This document shows, one piece after another, positions 1-8,919 of a stretch of DNA of 32,000 bases. The position numbers and the translations under genes were made by a program. How positions within the stretch are numbered: the stretch's first letter is position 1; every line of letters begins with the position of its first letter. The DNA lies in contig NC_014148.1 of NCBI RefSeq assembly GCF_000092105.1, forward strand, positions 3,870,001-3,902,000, in the 5' to 3' direction. A model generated the notes under the pieces. It made no database searches. It was not told where the DNA came from and was given only the letters and a program-made list of their open reading frames with translations. This DNA comes from Planctopirus limnophila DSM 3776 (GTDB taxonomy: Bacteria; Planctomycetota; Planctomycetia; Planctomycetales; Planctomycetaceae).

Positions 1-151
1 AGATGAGAGCCGGGCCATGAAGGATTTGTGTGCAGGAAGTGAAGAGTTTGCAAAGTTGGGCTTGTCGCCAACCCGGATGCAGAGATAATTGAATTGTGTG
101 GACAGCCTTAGAATGCCTCCTCGACATACCTCCGTGAATCGATTGCGTGTC

Positions 152-191
152 TGTTCTGGTACCCCTGGTTCTGGCAAATTCATGGTTCTGG
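152..191 (+). repeat. Three closely spaced direct copies of TG(G)TTCTGG (152-159, 166-174, 183-191) in the prkA upstream region. Possible transcription-factor half-sites; function unknown.
   Basis: Read directly: tgttctgg / tggttctgg / tggttctgg, with 14- and 17-bp start-to-start spacing. No ORF covers them. Confidence 0.5.
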
Positions 192-229
192 AAAGTGTGA
201 TTCGATTTCTCAGAATTTCTTTTGACGCG

Positions 230-275
230 TGTTGTCGATCTCATGTTAGCATGAGGTGAAGTGATGTTGTCGATC
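230..275 (+). repeat. 11-bp direct repeat TGTTGTCGATC (230-240 and 265-275). A third partial copy, TGTTGTCG, lies at 386-393. Function unknown.
   Basis: Read directly from the sequence. The two full copies are 35 bp apart, in non-coding DNA upstream of prkA. Confidence 0.5.
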
Positions 276-411
276 ACTGGAAGATGCCGCGAGGCTGACG
301 TTCCTCGCATGTCGACTGTAAATATTCCCCAACGATGATCAACGCCATTCTGGGTTCTATGAGTCCAGAGTGCTGATGCAAAATTTGTTGTCGCAATTGG
401 TGATGTGATTG

Positions 412-427
412 GCAGTGAATTCACTGC
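412..427. promoter_or_regulatory. Perfect 16-bp palindrome GCAGTGAATTCACTGC. Candidate operator; function unknown.
   Basis: Read directly. It lies about 435 bp upstream of the prkA ATG. One such palindrome per 32 kb is close to chance expectation, so support is weak. Confidence 0.25.
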
Positions 428-861
428 AATCGATGATTCGGGGGCTCTGAAAGCTCCTTTTGCTACAGCGTGTCAGACTCTCGCCAGTATTGACTCGAGA
501 TGGGACTTCTCAGCCTGCCTTGCAAACTTTCGTCGATCGCTCTTTCCCACATCGAAACCATTGACGAACTCTCACCATAGCTTTGGCCCATAGCTATGAC
601 TAAGTGAAGTTCATGTGCAGTTCTCCCTCTTCACCAAGGCTAGTCACAGCCTGCGCGACAGGAATGGAACTGCCATTTCATGAACCTCCCTGATGTTCAT
701 GATGTCAGTGGCTGGCTGGTTGAACAGACCGGCAGCTCACGAACATGCAGGCACCTCGGAGATCTCATATCACAAACTTTTCATCGCTAAGAACCACAGA
801 CTTAACGACTGATATTGCAGAATTTCAGTTTCGCCGAACGGATTCGAATTAGGAGTGAAAC

Positions 862-2907
862 ATGACGACAGGACAAGATCTGCTGGAAAAGTTCTCTGCC
901 CGCCAGAATGCCGATACCTTCTGGCAGGAACACTGGCAGGGGACATTCGCCGAATATCTGGATATCGTTCGCGAAAATCCCGGTGTCGTGCGGACGGCTC
1001 ATCAGCGGATGTACGACATGATCACTTCCTATGGTGATTATTCTGTCGATGAAGGCCGCCGGGGTGGCCTGAAACGCTATGCATTTTTTGATGATCCCGA
1101 CAACGGGGGGCGCGATGCGATTTTCGGCCTCACCGAAGAACTGGCACAACTCGTCTCTGTCTTTCGCAGTGCGGCTCTCAAATACGGCAGCGAACGCCGG
1201 GTCTTGCTATTGCACGGCCCAGTGGGGAGTTCGAAATCGACCATTGCCCGACTGCTGAAAAAAGGGATTGAGCGCTATTCCCTCCAACCCGAAGGAGCAC
1301 TCTACACTTTTGGATGGAAGGAAAAGGATGGCAGCATTACCTGGGATCCGATGAATGGCGACCCCTTGCAATTGATCCCCCATGCTTATCGCCAGGAATT
1401 GTGCGATCAACTGAATGAGGAAGTTCAGAACGCGACTTATCCCATCGAGATCAAAGGGGATGTCTGCCCTCTTTCTCGATTCTACTTCCGTGAGCGTCTC
1501 GCTGAAGAAAATGGTGACTGGACGAAAGTTCTGGAATCGATTGTCGTCAGGCGATTCTTTCTATCAGAAGCCGATCGGATCGGGATTGGTACTTTCCAGC
1601 CCAAAGACGAGAAAAATCAGGACTCAACAGAGCTGACTGGCGACATTAACTATCGCAAAATCGCCGAGTATGGCAGTGAATCTGACCCGCGCGCGTTCAA
1701 CTTTGATGGTGAGTTTAACGTCGCCAATCGCGGGATGATCGAATTTATCGAAGTCCTCAAACTCGATGTCGCCTTCCTTTACGATCTGCTGGGGGCCTCA
1801 CAAGAACATAAAATTAAGCCCAAGAAGTTTGCCCAGACCGATATTGATACGGTGATTATTGGCCATACAAACGAACCGGAATATCGCAAGCTGCAGTCCA
1901 ACGAATTCATGGAAGCGCTCCGTGATCGTACGGTCAAGATTGATATTCCCTACGTCACCAAGTTGAGCCAGGAACTTTCGATCTACGAAAAGGACTACAA
2001 CAGCCGACGCGTCCGCGGGAAGCACATTGCTCCTCATACTCTCGAAGTGGCAGCACTCTGGGCCGTTCTTACCCGACTGGAAGAACCCAAGCATCACGGG
2101 TTGACACTGCTCCAGAAACTGAAGCTCTATAACGGAAAATCGTTGCCGGGCTTCACGATGGATAACGTGGATCAGTTGCGTAAAGAAGCAAAGCATGAAG
2201 GAATGCAAGGGATCTCACCGCGCTACGTGCAGGATAAGATTTCGAATGCACTGGTGAATAATGCCGATGCGACAAGTATTAACCCATTCATGATGCTTAA
2301 CGAACTGGAGGGTGGGCTCAAGCATCACTCGCTCATTCCGAATGAAGATACCCGCGATGCTTACCGACGGCTGATTTCTATTGTCAAGGAAGAATACACC
2401 GACGTGGTGAAGAATGAAGTCCAAAGGGCCATTGCTGCTGACGACGAGGCTCTCACACGACTCTGCGGCAACTATATCGATAATGTGAAGGCCTATACTC
2501 AGCGTGAACGGGTTCGCAATAAGTTTACCGGCCAGGATGAGCAACCGGATGAACGCCTGATGCGGTCGATTGAAGAGCGCATTGATATCCCGGAAACACG
2601 TAAGGACGACTTCCGCCGGGAAATCATGAACTATATTGGAGCTCTAGCGCTCGATGGGAAAAAGTTTGACTATAAGACCAACGAACGCTTGCACAAAGCT
2701 CTGGAAATGAAGCTCTTTGAAGACCAGAAGGACACCATCAAACTCACCAGCCTGGTTTCCAATGTGGTCGATAAAGATACTCAGGAAAAGATCGATATCG
2801 TCAAGGGCCGACTGATTCGTGATTTTGGCTATAACGATGAATCAGCCCATGACGTGTTGCAATATGTCGCAAGCATCTTCGCCCGCGGCGATGCCAAACG
2901 TGATTAA
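862..2907 (+). CDS. prkA: PrkA/YeaG-family protein (AAA+ 'serine protein kinase' family)
   Basis: 681-aa ORF with AGGAG upstream of the ATG. It has a Walker-A-like motif, [12 protein letters not shown]. Size and N-terminal ATPase plus C-terminal PrkA layout match E. coli YeaG and B. subtilis PrkA. It is followed by yeaH-like and spoVR-like genes, the conserved triad. Confidence 0.93.
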   Translation: MTTGQDLLEKFSARQNADTFWQEHWQGTFAEYLDIVRENPGVVRTAHQRMYDMITSYGDYSVDEGRRGGLKRYAFFDDPDNGGRDAIFGLTEELAQLVSVFRSAALKYGSERRVLLLHGPVGSSKSTIARLLKKGIERYSLQPEGALYTFGWKEKDGSITWDPMNGDPLQLIPHAYRQELCDQLNEEVQNATYPIEIKGDVCPLSRFYFRERLAEENGDWTKVLESIVVRRFFLSEADRIGIGTFQPKDEKNQDSTELTGDINYRKIAEYGSESDPRAFNFDGEFNVANRGMIEFIEVLKLDVAFLYDLLGASQEHKIKPKKFAQTDIDTVIIGHTNEPEYRKLQSNEFMEALRDRTVKIDIPYVTKLSQELSIYEKDYNSRRVRGKHIAPHTLEVAALWAVLTRLEEPKHHGLTLLQKLKLYNGKSLPGFTMDNVDQLRKEAKHEGMQGISPRYVQDKISNALVNNADATSINPFMMLNELEGGLKHHSLIPNEDTRDAYRRLISIVKEEYTDVVKNEVQRAIAADDEALTRLCGNYIDNVKAYTQRERVRNKFTGQDEQPDERLMRSIEERIDIPETRKDDFRREIMNYIGALALDGKKFDYKTNERLHKALEMKLFEDQKDTIKLTSLVSNVVDKDTQEKIDIVKGRLIRDFGYNDESAHDVLQYVASIFARGDAKRD

Positions 2908-3017
2908 ACGACTCGCGAATGAAAAATTCAGCAGTTCTAGGGAACTGCCATGAGTTGAGTGATCACTTCCAGAATAATGGGAAGCCTTCCATCCTGATGC
3001 CGGCATGAGGCCAGTCC

Positions 3018-4124
3018 ATGACTCGACCGATCGATCTTGATACCCAGCGGTTCAAAGAAATCGTCCGCGGGAAAGTGCGCGACGGACTAAAGAAGTACAT
3101 CACTCAGGGAGAAATTCTGGGACGCCAGGGCCGGGAGGTGGTGAGTATTCCGATTCCAAATCTGGATATTCCCCGCTTTCGTCACGGCAGCAAAGGTTCT
3201 GGAGGAGTGGGCCAAGGCGAAGGAGAGGCCGGGCAGCCTGTCGGTCAGGGAGGAGACCAGGAAGGTGGCCTGGCCCAACCCGGCGATCAGGAAGGCCAGC
3301 ACATCCGCGAAGCCGAACTGACTCTCGATGAACTGGCTGACATGTTGGGAAGTGAGCTGGAATTGCCACTGATCACCCCCAAAGGAGACAGCACACTTAA
3401 GACCAAAAAGCTGCGATACAACAGTATCCGCCAGACAGGTCCCAAATCGCTGCGTCATTTCAAGCGCACCTATAAGCGGGCTCTGCGGCGGCTCATTGCG
3501 ACGGGAGGCTACGATCCTCTAACTCCCGTCGTTATCCCAACACATGAAGATGAACGCTTCCGCTCCTCCTCAGAAGTGGTGTTGCCGCATGCGAACGCCG
3601 CCGTCATTTACATGATGGATGTCTCCGGCTCAATGACCGACGACCAGAAGCAGATAGTCCGTACAGAGTCCTTCTGGATTGATACCTGGCTGCGCAGTCA
3701 GTACGACGGCCTTCAGCGTCGGTATATCGTGCACGATGCCGTCGCCCATGAAGTGGATGAAGACACCTTCTATCGCACACGTGAAAGTGGGGGCACGAGA
3801 ATTTCCTCAGCCTATACGATGGCTCAGAAAATCATCGATCGCGATTTTCCTCCCGCCGACTGGAACATTTACTGCTTCCAATTCAGCGATGGCGACAACT
3901 GGGGCGAGGACAACACGCTCTGCATGCAGAAACTGCAGAATGATCTGATCCCCGTCTGTAATCTCTTCTGCTATGGTCAGGTCGAAAGCCCCTATGGCAC
4001 GGGAGATTACCTGCGTGAACTGAAGAAGATTGTCTCCCGGTTTGAAAATCTGATTCTCTCAGAGATCAAGAACCGCGAGGGAATCTACGATTCGATCAAA
4101 ACGTTTCTCGGGAAGGGAAAATAG
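3018..4124 (+). CDS. yeaH: YeaH/YhbH-family protein (DUF444, vWA-like fold with MIDAS motif)
   Basis: 368-aa ORF. It has a G/Q/E-rich low-complexity segment near the N-terminus and a DxSxS MIDAS-like motif (MMDVSGSMTDD). The C-terminal half resembles YeaH/YhbH. It sits directly downstream of prkA. Confidence 0.9.
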   Translation: MTRPIDLDTQRFKEIVRGKVRDGLKKYITQGEILGRQGREVVSIPIPNLDIPRFRHGSKGSGGVGQGEGEAGQPVGQGGDQEGGLAQPGDQEGQHIREAELTLDELADMLGSELELPLITPKGDSTLKTKKLRYNSIRQTGPKSLRHFKRTYKRALRRLIATGGYDPLTPVVIPTHEDERFRSSSEVVLPHANAAVIYMMDVSGSMTDDQKQIVRTESFWIDTWLRSQYDGLQRRYIVHDAVAHEVDEDTFYRTRESGGTRISSAYTMAQKIIDRDFPPADWNIYCFQFSDGDNWGEDNTLCMQKLQNDLIPVCNLFCYGQVESPYGTGDYLRELKKIVSRFENLILSEIKNREGIYDSIKTFLGKGK

Positions 4125-4245
4125 CCTGAGATCTTTTCATTCGAAACGATTTCATGGATACCATCATCATTTTCAAGACGCTCAGCACAGCACGGCTCCT
4201 GTGGTGTTCACCGAATTCTGTATGGCAGCCAAACAAGGGTTTTCG

Positions 4246-4758
4246 ATGAGTCATTTCAAATATAGAACATTGTTCGTGATACCTGCGGCCTTATTGACCG
4301 GGCTACTAGCAATGACTTCAGCGGATCAAAGCCAGTCACCAACCTCTGCTTCGCTCAATGTCAGCGACATTACCAATCGACGAGTAACTCTGGTCGGGGT
4401 AAGTGGTGTCGAATTGGGTCAGTGCTTTGAACTCACAGGACGAATCGCCATAGGTAACAAGGCTGCCAAGGGAATAGAACAATCCAGTTTCCTCGTCATT
4501 GAAACGATAAATGGTGAGCCAGTCACTGGTATTCGCTACTTTGCCGCCGACCAGATTAGTTTTCGCGATAGGACAAATCGCTTCGAAGAATCCCCACTTC
4601 CGCCAGTGGGCACTCAAGTCCACCTCGCTGCCTACGAAACAGGCAATTTTATTGGCAGTCCGCAAGGCGACATCTATCGCCCCCCGGTTCAGGACCGTGG
4701 ATTTCATTTCCGAAGCCAGTTGGTTGTCTGCCACGATTTTCGATCGGCCAGCAAGTAG
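4246..4758 (+). CDS. Small secreted hypothetical protein inserted between yeaH and spoVR
   Basis: The ORF envelope is 4201-4758 (GTG), with in-frame ATGs at 4222 and 4246. The ATG at 4246 has AAGGG upstream and gives a typical signal peptide, MSHFKYRTLFVIPAALLTGLLAMTSA. It is on the same strand as its neighbours, 36 bp before spoVR. I recognise no family. Confidence 0.6.
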   Translation: MSHFKYRTLFVIPAALLTGLLAMTSADQSQSPTSASLNVSDITNRRVTLVGVSGVELGQCFELTGRIAIGNKAAKGIEQSSFLVIETINGEPVTGIRYFAADQISFRDRTNRFEESPLPPVGTQVHLAAYETGNFIGSPQGDIYRPPVQDRGFHFRSQLVVCHDFRSASK

Positions 4759-4794
4759 ATTACGTCGGAAGACCGCCAGGAGTGAAGGATTCCC

Positions 4795-6336
4795 ATGGCT
4801 ACGTCGATCTCCACACACCGGCAACTGCCCGCCGAACTGCGTGAAATCCAGTTGAGAACGGAAGACTATGCACGCAGCTATGGGCTCGATTTCTACGAAA
4901 CGATTTTCGAGGTGCTCGATCACGAAGAGCTCTGCATGTTCGCTGCTTATGGTGGCTTTCCGACCCGATACCCGCATTGGCGATTTGGAGCTGAGTACGA
5001 TGAGTTAGTGAAGACTCATATGTACGGGCTGCAGCGGATCTATGAGATGGTCATCAACAACGACCCCTGCTACGCCTATCTGCTTAATACGAACATGATG
5101 ATCGATCAGAAACTGGTCATCGCCCATGTCTACGGGCATTGCGACTTCTTCAAGAACAACGCCTTCTTCTCGCATACCAATCGCAAAATGCTCAACCAGA
5201 TGGCGAATCATGCCGCCAGAATCAGTCGTTACATCGATCGCATTGGTTATGAGCAGGTGGAGCAGTTCATTGATGCCTGCCTCTCTCTGGAAGATCTGAT
5301 TGACCCCCATTCGGTCCAGATTAAGAGGGCTCCGGATATCTCGGCTATGCCGCATGCAGCCCTGTTGCGAGATGAGGATTTTGAATACCTCGCCACGGAA
5401 GGACGTTTCCCTTCTAAAGGGTATATGGATCAATTCATCAATCCACCCGAAGTGCTCGAACGCGAGGCCAAAGAGCGCAAAGACCGCGAAGTCGAACGCG
5501 TCAAGAAAAGATCCTTCCCTGAGCAACCCCAGCGCGATGTGCTGCAGTTTTTATTACAGCACGCACCACTGCGTGACTGGCAGCACGATGTGCTATCGAT
5601 CATTCGCGATGAGGCTTACTACTTTGCGCCCCAGGGTCAGACCAAAATCATGAATGAAGGTTGGGCCAGTTACTGGCACACCTTTCTCATGACCCGTCAC
5701 GGCATGAATGATTCCGAAGTCATCGATTATGCCGACCATCACAGTGGGACAGTCGCAATGACACCTCAACGACTGAACCCCTACAAAGTCGGGATTGAAC
5801 TCTTCCGCAATATCGAAGAGCGCTGGAACAATGGCCAATTCGGCGCTGAGTACGACAACTGCACTGACATGAAAGAAAAAGCCGGCTGGAAGAAAGATGT
5901 CGGGTTAGGCCGCCAGAAGATTTTTGAAGTTCGCCGGATTCATAACGATATCACATTTATCGATGAATTCCTGACGCCGGAGTTTTGTGCCCAGCACAAG
6001 TTCTTCTCGTTTGCCTATAACCCTTCAGCAGATCAGTACGAAATTGCCTCGCGAGAGTTCGATCAGATCAAACAGCAGCTCTTGACCAGTCTGACAAATC
6101 ATGGCCGGCCATTCATTTATGTGGTCGATGGGAACTATCGCAATCGTGGTGAGCTTTATCTGCAGCATCAATATCAGGGTGTTGAACTCAAACAGGGGCA
6201 TACCCAGGATACTCTGGTCAATCTCCAGAAACTCTGGGCACGCCCTGTGCACATTGAAACAGTCGTCGACGACAAGCCCACAGTCATCTCTTATGACGGG
6301 CATTCTCATCAGACCAAAATTGCTTCTCAAAGTTAG
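4795..6336 (+). CDS. spoVR: SpoVR/YcgB-family protein
   Basis: 513-aa ORF with AGGAG upstream. The N-terminal segment (YGLDFYETIFEVLDHEEL...GFPTRYPHWRFG) and the conserved HVYGHCDFFKNN block are typical of SpoVR/YcgB. Confidence 0.93.
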   Translation: MATSISTHRQLPAELREIQLRTEDYARSYGLDFYETIFEVLDHEELCMFAAYGGFPTRYPHWRFGAEYDELVKTHMYGLQRIYEMVINNDPCYAYLLNTNMMIDQKLVIAHVYGHCDFFKNNAFFSHTNRKMLNQMANHAARISRYIDRIGYEQVEQFIDACLSLEDLIDPHSVQIKRAPDISAMPHAALLRDEDFEYLATEGRFPSKGYMDQFINPPEVLEREAKERKDREVERVKKRSFPEQPQRDVLQFLLQHAPLRDWQHDVLSIIRDEAYYFAPQGQTKIMNEGWASYWHTFLMTRHGMNDSEVIDYADHHSGTVAMTPQRLNPYKVGIELFRNIEERWNNGQFGAEYDNCTDMKEKAGWKKDVGLGRQKIFEVRRIHNDITFIDEFLTPEFCAQHKFFSFAYNPSADQYEIASREFDQIKQQLLTSLTNHGRPFIYVVDGNYRNRGELYLQHQYQGVELKQGHTQDTLVNLQKLWARPVHIETVVDDKPTVISYDGHSHQTKIASQS

Positions 6337-6548
6337 GTGCGTGCTGAAATTCTCTGGTGGCTCTGAAGCGAATTCTGGTAAAGGCATTAGCGCCTGTGCG
6401 TGACCTAACCGGGAAAGGATGGGTCTCAGACCGCACATATGCTAGACTGAGTCGCATCCCTCAACAGCTGAATAATCAACGGAAAATGGATTAACGCAAC
6501 CATTTACTGTGATGAGCAGTCGAAGTCCGTTTTTTCGAGAGCAGGTCA

Positions 6549-7205
6549 GTGGCCATTGGTTTGCAACAACGCTGGATTCGAGATTTGGTCATTCTCGGCA
6601 TCATCGCAGGGACGATCGCACTGATCTGCCTGTTTCGCATTCAGCAGGTTACGTCCCATTCAAAAAGCGGGTCGCTGACGCCGGTTCTCCCCTCGAATCA
6701 TTCGCATGAAACGTCACTTCGACTCAGGAATACACCACGATTCGAAGGGATCGATCAGCAGAACCGCATGTTTCGTCTCGATTCGATCCTGGGACGCCAC
6801 GAGATCTACCTGCTGTTCGTTCAAGAGTTCGATGCCCCCGGCTCCCGGGCGGCTCTCGAAGCTTTGAAACGAATGGCTCGTGTGACCTCTTCGCCTGCGA
6901 AAGTCCGGTCAAATACAGCTTGGGAAGAGACTCAACTCGTGGTCGTCACAACATCGCTGCCGCCAATTGTTCGAGCGGAGCTGGAAAAAACGGGAAAGTT
7001 TGGTGGTACGATTCTCAGCGACGCGACCGGCGAAATTCGACGATTGTGGAATGTCAGCAATTTCCCCACGCTGTTTCATATCAATCGAGCCAGCCAGGCC
7101 CGCCACGAGCTGCTGCTCTATAATAGAGAAGATCATCCAGACAACTCAGCAGCCATTGAACAATCAGCACCCACCGAACGGCCCGAATGGCAGGACTCAC
7201 CATGA
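6549..7205 (+). CDS. Membrane-anchored thioredoxin/redoxin-fold-like protein lacking the CxxC motif (hypothetical)
   Basis: 218-aa ORF with a GTG start and an N-terminal TM helix (LVILGIIAGTIALICLF). The remainder follows a TlpA/ResA-like pattern (F.G.D..n..f.L....G....LLF), but FVQEFDAPGS replaces the WCxxC position. The fold call is pattern-based only. Confidence 0.55.
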   Translation: MAIGLQQRWIRDLVILGIIAGTIALICLFRIQQVTSHSKSGSLTPVLPSNHSHETSLRLRNTPRFEGIDQQNRMFRLDSILGRHEIYLLFVQEFDAPGSRAALEALKRMARVTSSPAKVRSNTAWEETQLVVVTTSLPPIVRAELEKTGKFGGTILSDATGEIRRLWNVSNFPTLFHINRASQARHELLLYNREDHPDNSAAIEQSAPTERPEWQDSP

Positions 7206-7789
7206 CACATTCCCCATCTCACGATGCCTCCCACTCCGACCGGGAACACTCTGCGCCTAAACTCACAGACATTTCTTCCAACGTGAGTGGTGAGGGGATC
7301 AGTGGCAAAGCGGTCGATGGCCGCTACGTGGTGGTCGCTATGATCGTTTTTGGATTAACCGTGGCCGTTGCGGTCGCTCTCTTCTGGAATTATCAGACGA
7401 AGCCCTTCCGGATCTTAACTTTGGCACTGGGGAGGGAATTCCCGGCTTCACTACCAAAGGTGGAAGGGGGCCTGCCGAAGAAAGGGCCCGCGGTCCTGAG
7501 AATCGCCATTCGAGTCCCCTTTCATCCCGAGGAAGATAATGCCGCCTTTGAAACCTTTCGCGATAAGGTGCTGGCCACCTGTGTGAAACATCAGAATCTC
7601 AAGCCATTTCAGGATATTGAGCTGCATGTCTTCTACTTCCCCCCCAAGCATGTCGTTGTTCGCCGATCGGTGACGATGCCTGTGAGTGAAGTCATCGAAA
7701 AGTTTCCGCAGCCTGATGGGCCGAACAATAGTCAAGCGAATTCGAATTCTGTTGAACCCGGAACCGCTGATAGTCCGGCGGCAGAATAA
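7187..7789 (+). CDS. Membrane-anchored hypothetical protein
   Basis: 200-aa ORF with one TM helix (VVVAMIVFGLTVAVAVALFW). An alternative ATG at 7202 overlaps the upstream stop as ATGA (7202-7205), which suggests translational coupling with 6549-7205. Confidence 0.55.
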   Translation: MAGLTMTHSPSHDASHSDREHSAPKLTDISSNVSGEGISGKAVDGRYVVVAMIVFGLTVAVAVALFWNYQTKPFRILTLALGREFPASLPKVEGGLPKKGPAVLRIAIRVPFHPEEDNAAFETFRDKVLATCVKHQNLKPFQDIELHVFYFPPKHVVVRRSVTMPVSEVIEKFPQPDGPNNSQANSNSVEPGTADSPAAE

Positions 7790-7823
7790 ACAGCTCGACC
7801 CGCCCACCAGAATAGTCGGGAAA

Positions 7824-7851
7824 GATGGGTTAAGGCTTTGCGAAACCCATC
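7824..7851 (+). repeat. Hairpin repeat, copy L: GATGGGTT[AAGGCTTTGCGA]AACCCATC
   Basis: 8-bp perfect stem with a 12-nt loop containing AAGGCTTTGCG (7832-7842). It lies 35 nt after the stop of CDS 7187-7789. Confidence 0.75.
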
Positions 7852-7964
7852 AACTTGAAATTCATTGACACAGCAGGATTTAATCCAACACCCACATAAT
7901 TCTTGATCATGATTGACGATATCTGGAATGGGAACCACCGCCTCCGTGGAAAAGGAAAGGCAAA

Positions 7965-7993
7965 GGTGGGTTGCGCAAAGCCTTAACCTCACC
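7965..7993 (-). repeat. Hairpin repeat, copy R. Read on the minus strand: GGTGAGGTT[AAGGCTTTGCGC]AACCCACC
   Basis: 8-bp stem with one bulged nucleotide. The loop carries the same 11-mer (reverse complement at 7974-7984). It lies 29 nt after the stop of the minus-strand MBL gene. Arm 7967-7988 is also a 21/22 inverted repeat of 7828-7849. Confidence 0.75.
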
Positions 7994-8021
7994 CTACTTG
8001 ACTGAGCACTCTGGTGCGGTA

Positions 8022-8861
8022 CTACAACCAAAGCTTGATTTTTGATTTCAGCTCAGCGGGCAGACGTTTCATCACCGCCTTTTCAATGGTCGGCGTGGGA
8101 TAGCGTGTGCTGAAGTGCATCGCGATGATCACCTCATTCTGGAAGCGGTCTTTTCGTTCCACGAAATCGTCCAGATGCAAGTGGCCGAACTTATGCACTT
8201 TTTCACGCCGATGCTCAGGCCGGAAGAAGGTCATCTCGGTAATCAATACCTTGGCCTGATAGATCGCTTCACAGGCATCCAGCCCGGCGGGAGCTGTATC
8301 TCCTGTATAGGCAATCCATGGCGTGCGAACTTCGGCTGTGACTTCATTCCCAGCTAATCGCAAATCTCGAATCTCATCACCGGAAAGGCCATGGTATTCC
8401 GGCTTGAGCTTCATCCGGCGATTCCAGACAACATATCCCACGGAAGGGACGGTATGCTTCGTCGGAAACGATGTGACCACCCACTCGCGACCTAACTCGA
8501 ATTCCGAGTTCTCGCCCACTCCAATCAAATTGACCAGCATCCGCCCACGGTCCAGCTTCTGCCACGCACGGAGCATGCGCTCGACATCTTCCACCACGGC
8601 CTCAGGCACATAAACCGTCGGTGGCTCCAGCTTCATCATGCGGCGACGGGCCACATAAGCCGGCAGAGCCGCCATGTGATCCAGATGCGCGTGGGTAATA
8701 AAGAAGGTGGGAATGCCGATGAAATCCCAGGGCGAGCCTCCCAGATCAAACCCAATTTTTAACTCGGGAATTCGCCAGTAGCTTTGAACAGCCGCCCGCG
8801 ACCAGCCTTCAATAGTGATGTCTTTGTAAGGCATCGAATGAACGGGAAGATTTTCAAGCAT
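8022..8861 (-). CDS. MBL-fold metallo-hydrolase, RNase Z/ELAC-like
   Basis: 279-aa ORF with the HxHxDH motif (ITHAHLDH), further downstream His/Asp positions, and a short RNase Z-like length. Confidence 0.88.
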   Translation of the reverse strand: MLENLPVHSMPYKDITIEGWSRAAVQSYWRIPELKIGFDLGGSPWDFIGIPTFFITHAHLDHMAALPAYVARRRMMKLEPPTVYVPEAVVEDVERMLRAWQKLDRGRMLVNLIGVGENSEFELGREWVVTSFPTKHTVPSVGYVVWNRRMKLKPEYHGLSGDEIRDLRLAGNEVTAEVRTPWIAYTGDTAPAGLDACEAIYQAKVLITEMTFFRPEHRREKVHKFGHLHLDDFVERKDRFQNEVIIAMHFSTRYPTPTIEKAVMKRLPAELKSKIKLWL

Positions 8862-8919
8862 GTCAGTCCGTTCGCCTTGTAAAACCAGTCAAATGCGCAA
8901 CCAGTGATCTCGCCAGATT

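Noticed and set aside
2-88. Open frame running in from the 5' edge (…DESRAMKDLCAGSEEFAKLGLSPTRMQR*).
   Set aside because: It could be the last 28 codons of an upstream gene, but it is too short to evaluate.
405-593. 62-aa ORF in the prkA leader.
   Set aside because: It has a GTG start, no RBS and an unremarkable composition, and it contains the 16-bp palindrome. It is probably non-coding.
838-850. GGATTCGAA (minus strand TTCGAATCC) resembling a tRNA T-loop.
   Set aside because: The flanking bases do not form a T-stem or acceptor stem, and it overlaps the prkA RBS region. It is not a tRNA. I saw no other tRNA-like cloverleaf in the window.
4336-4977. 213-aa minus-strand ORF spanning the inserted secreted-protein gene and the start of spoVR.
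   Set aside because: It overlaps the well-supported spoVR start and has no motifs or RBS. The plus-strand ORF has a clean signal peptide and operon context. It remains the main alternative explanation for the open frame at 4201-4758.
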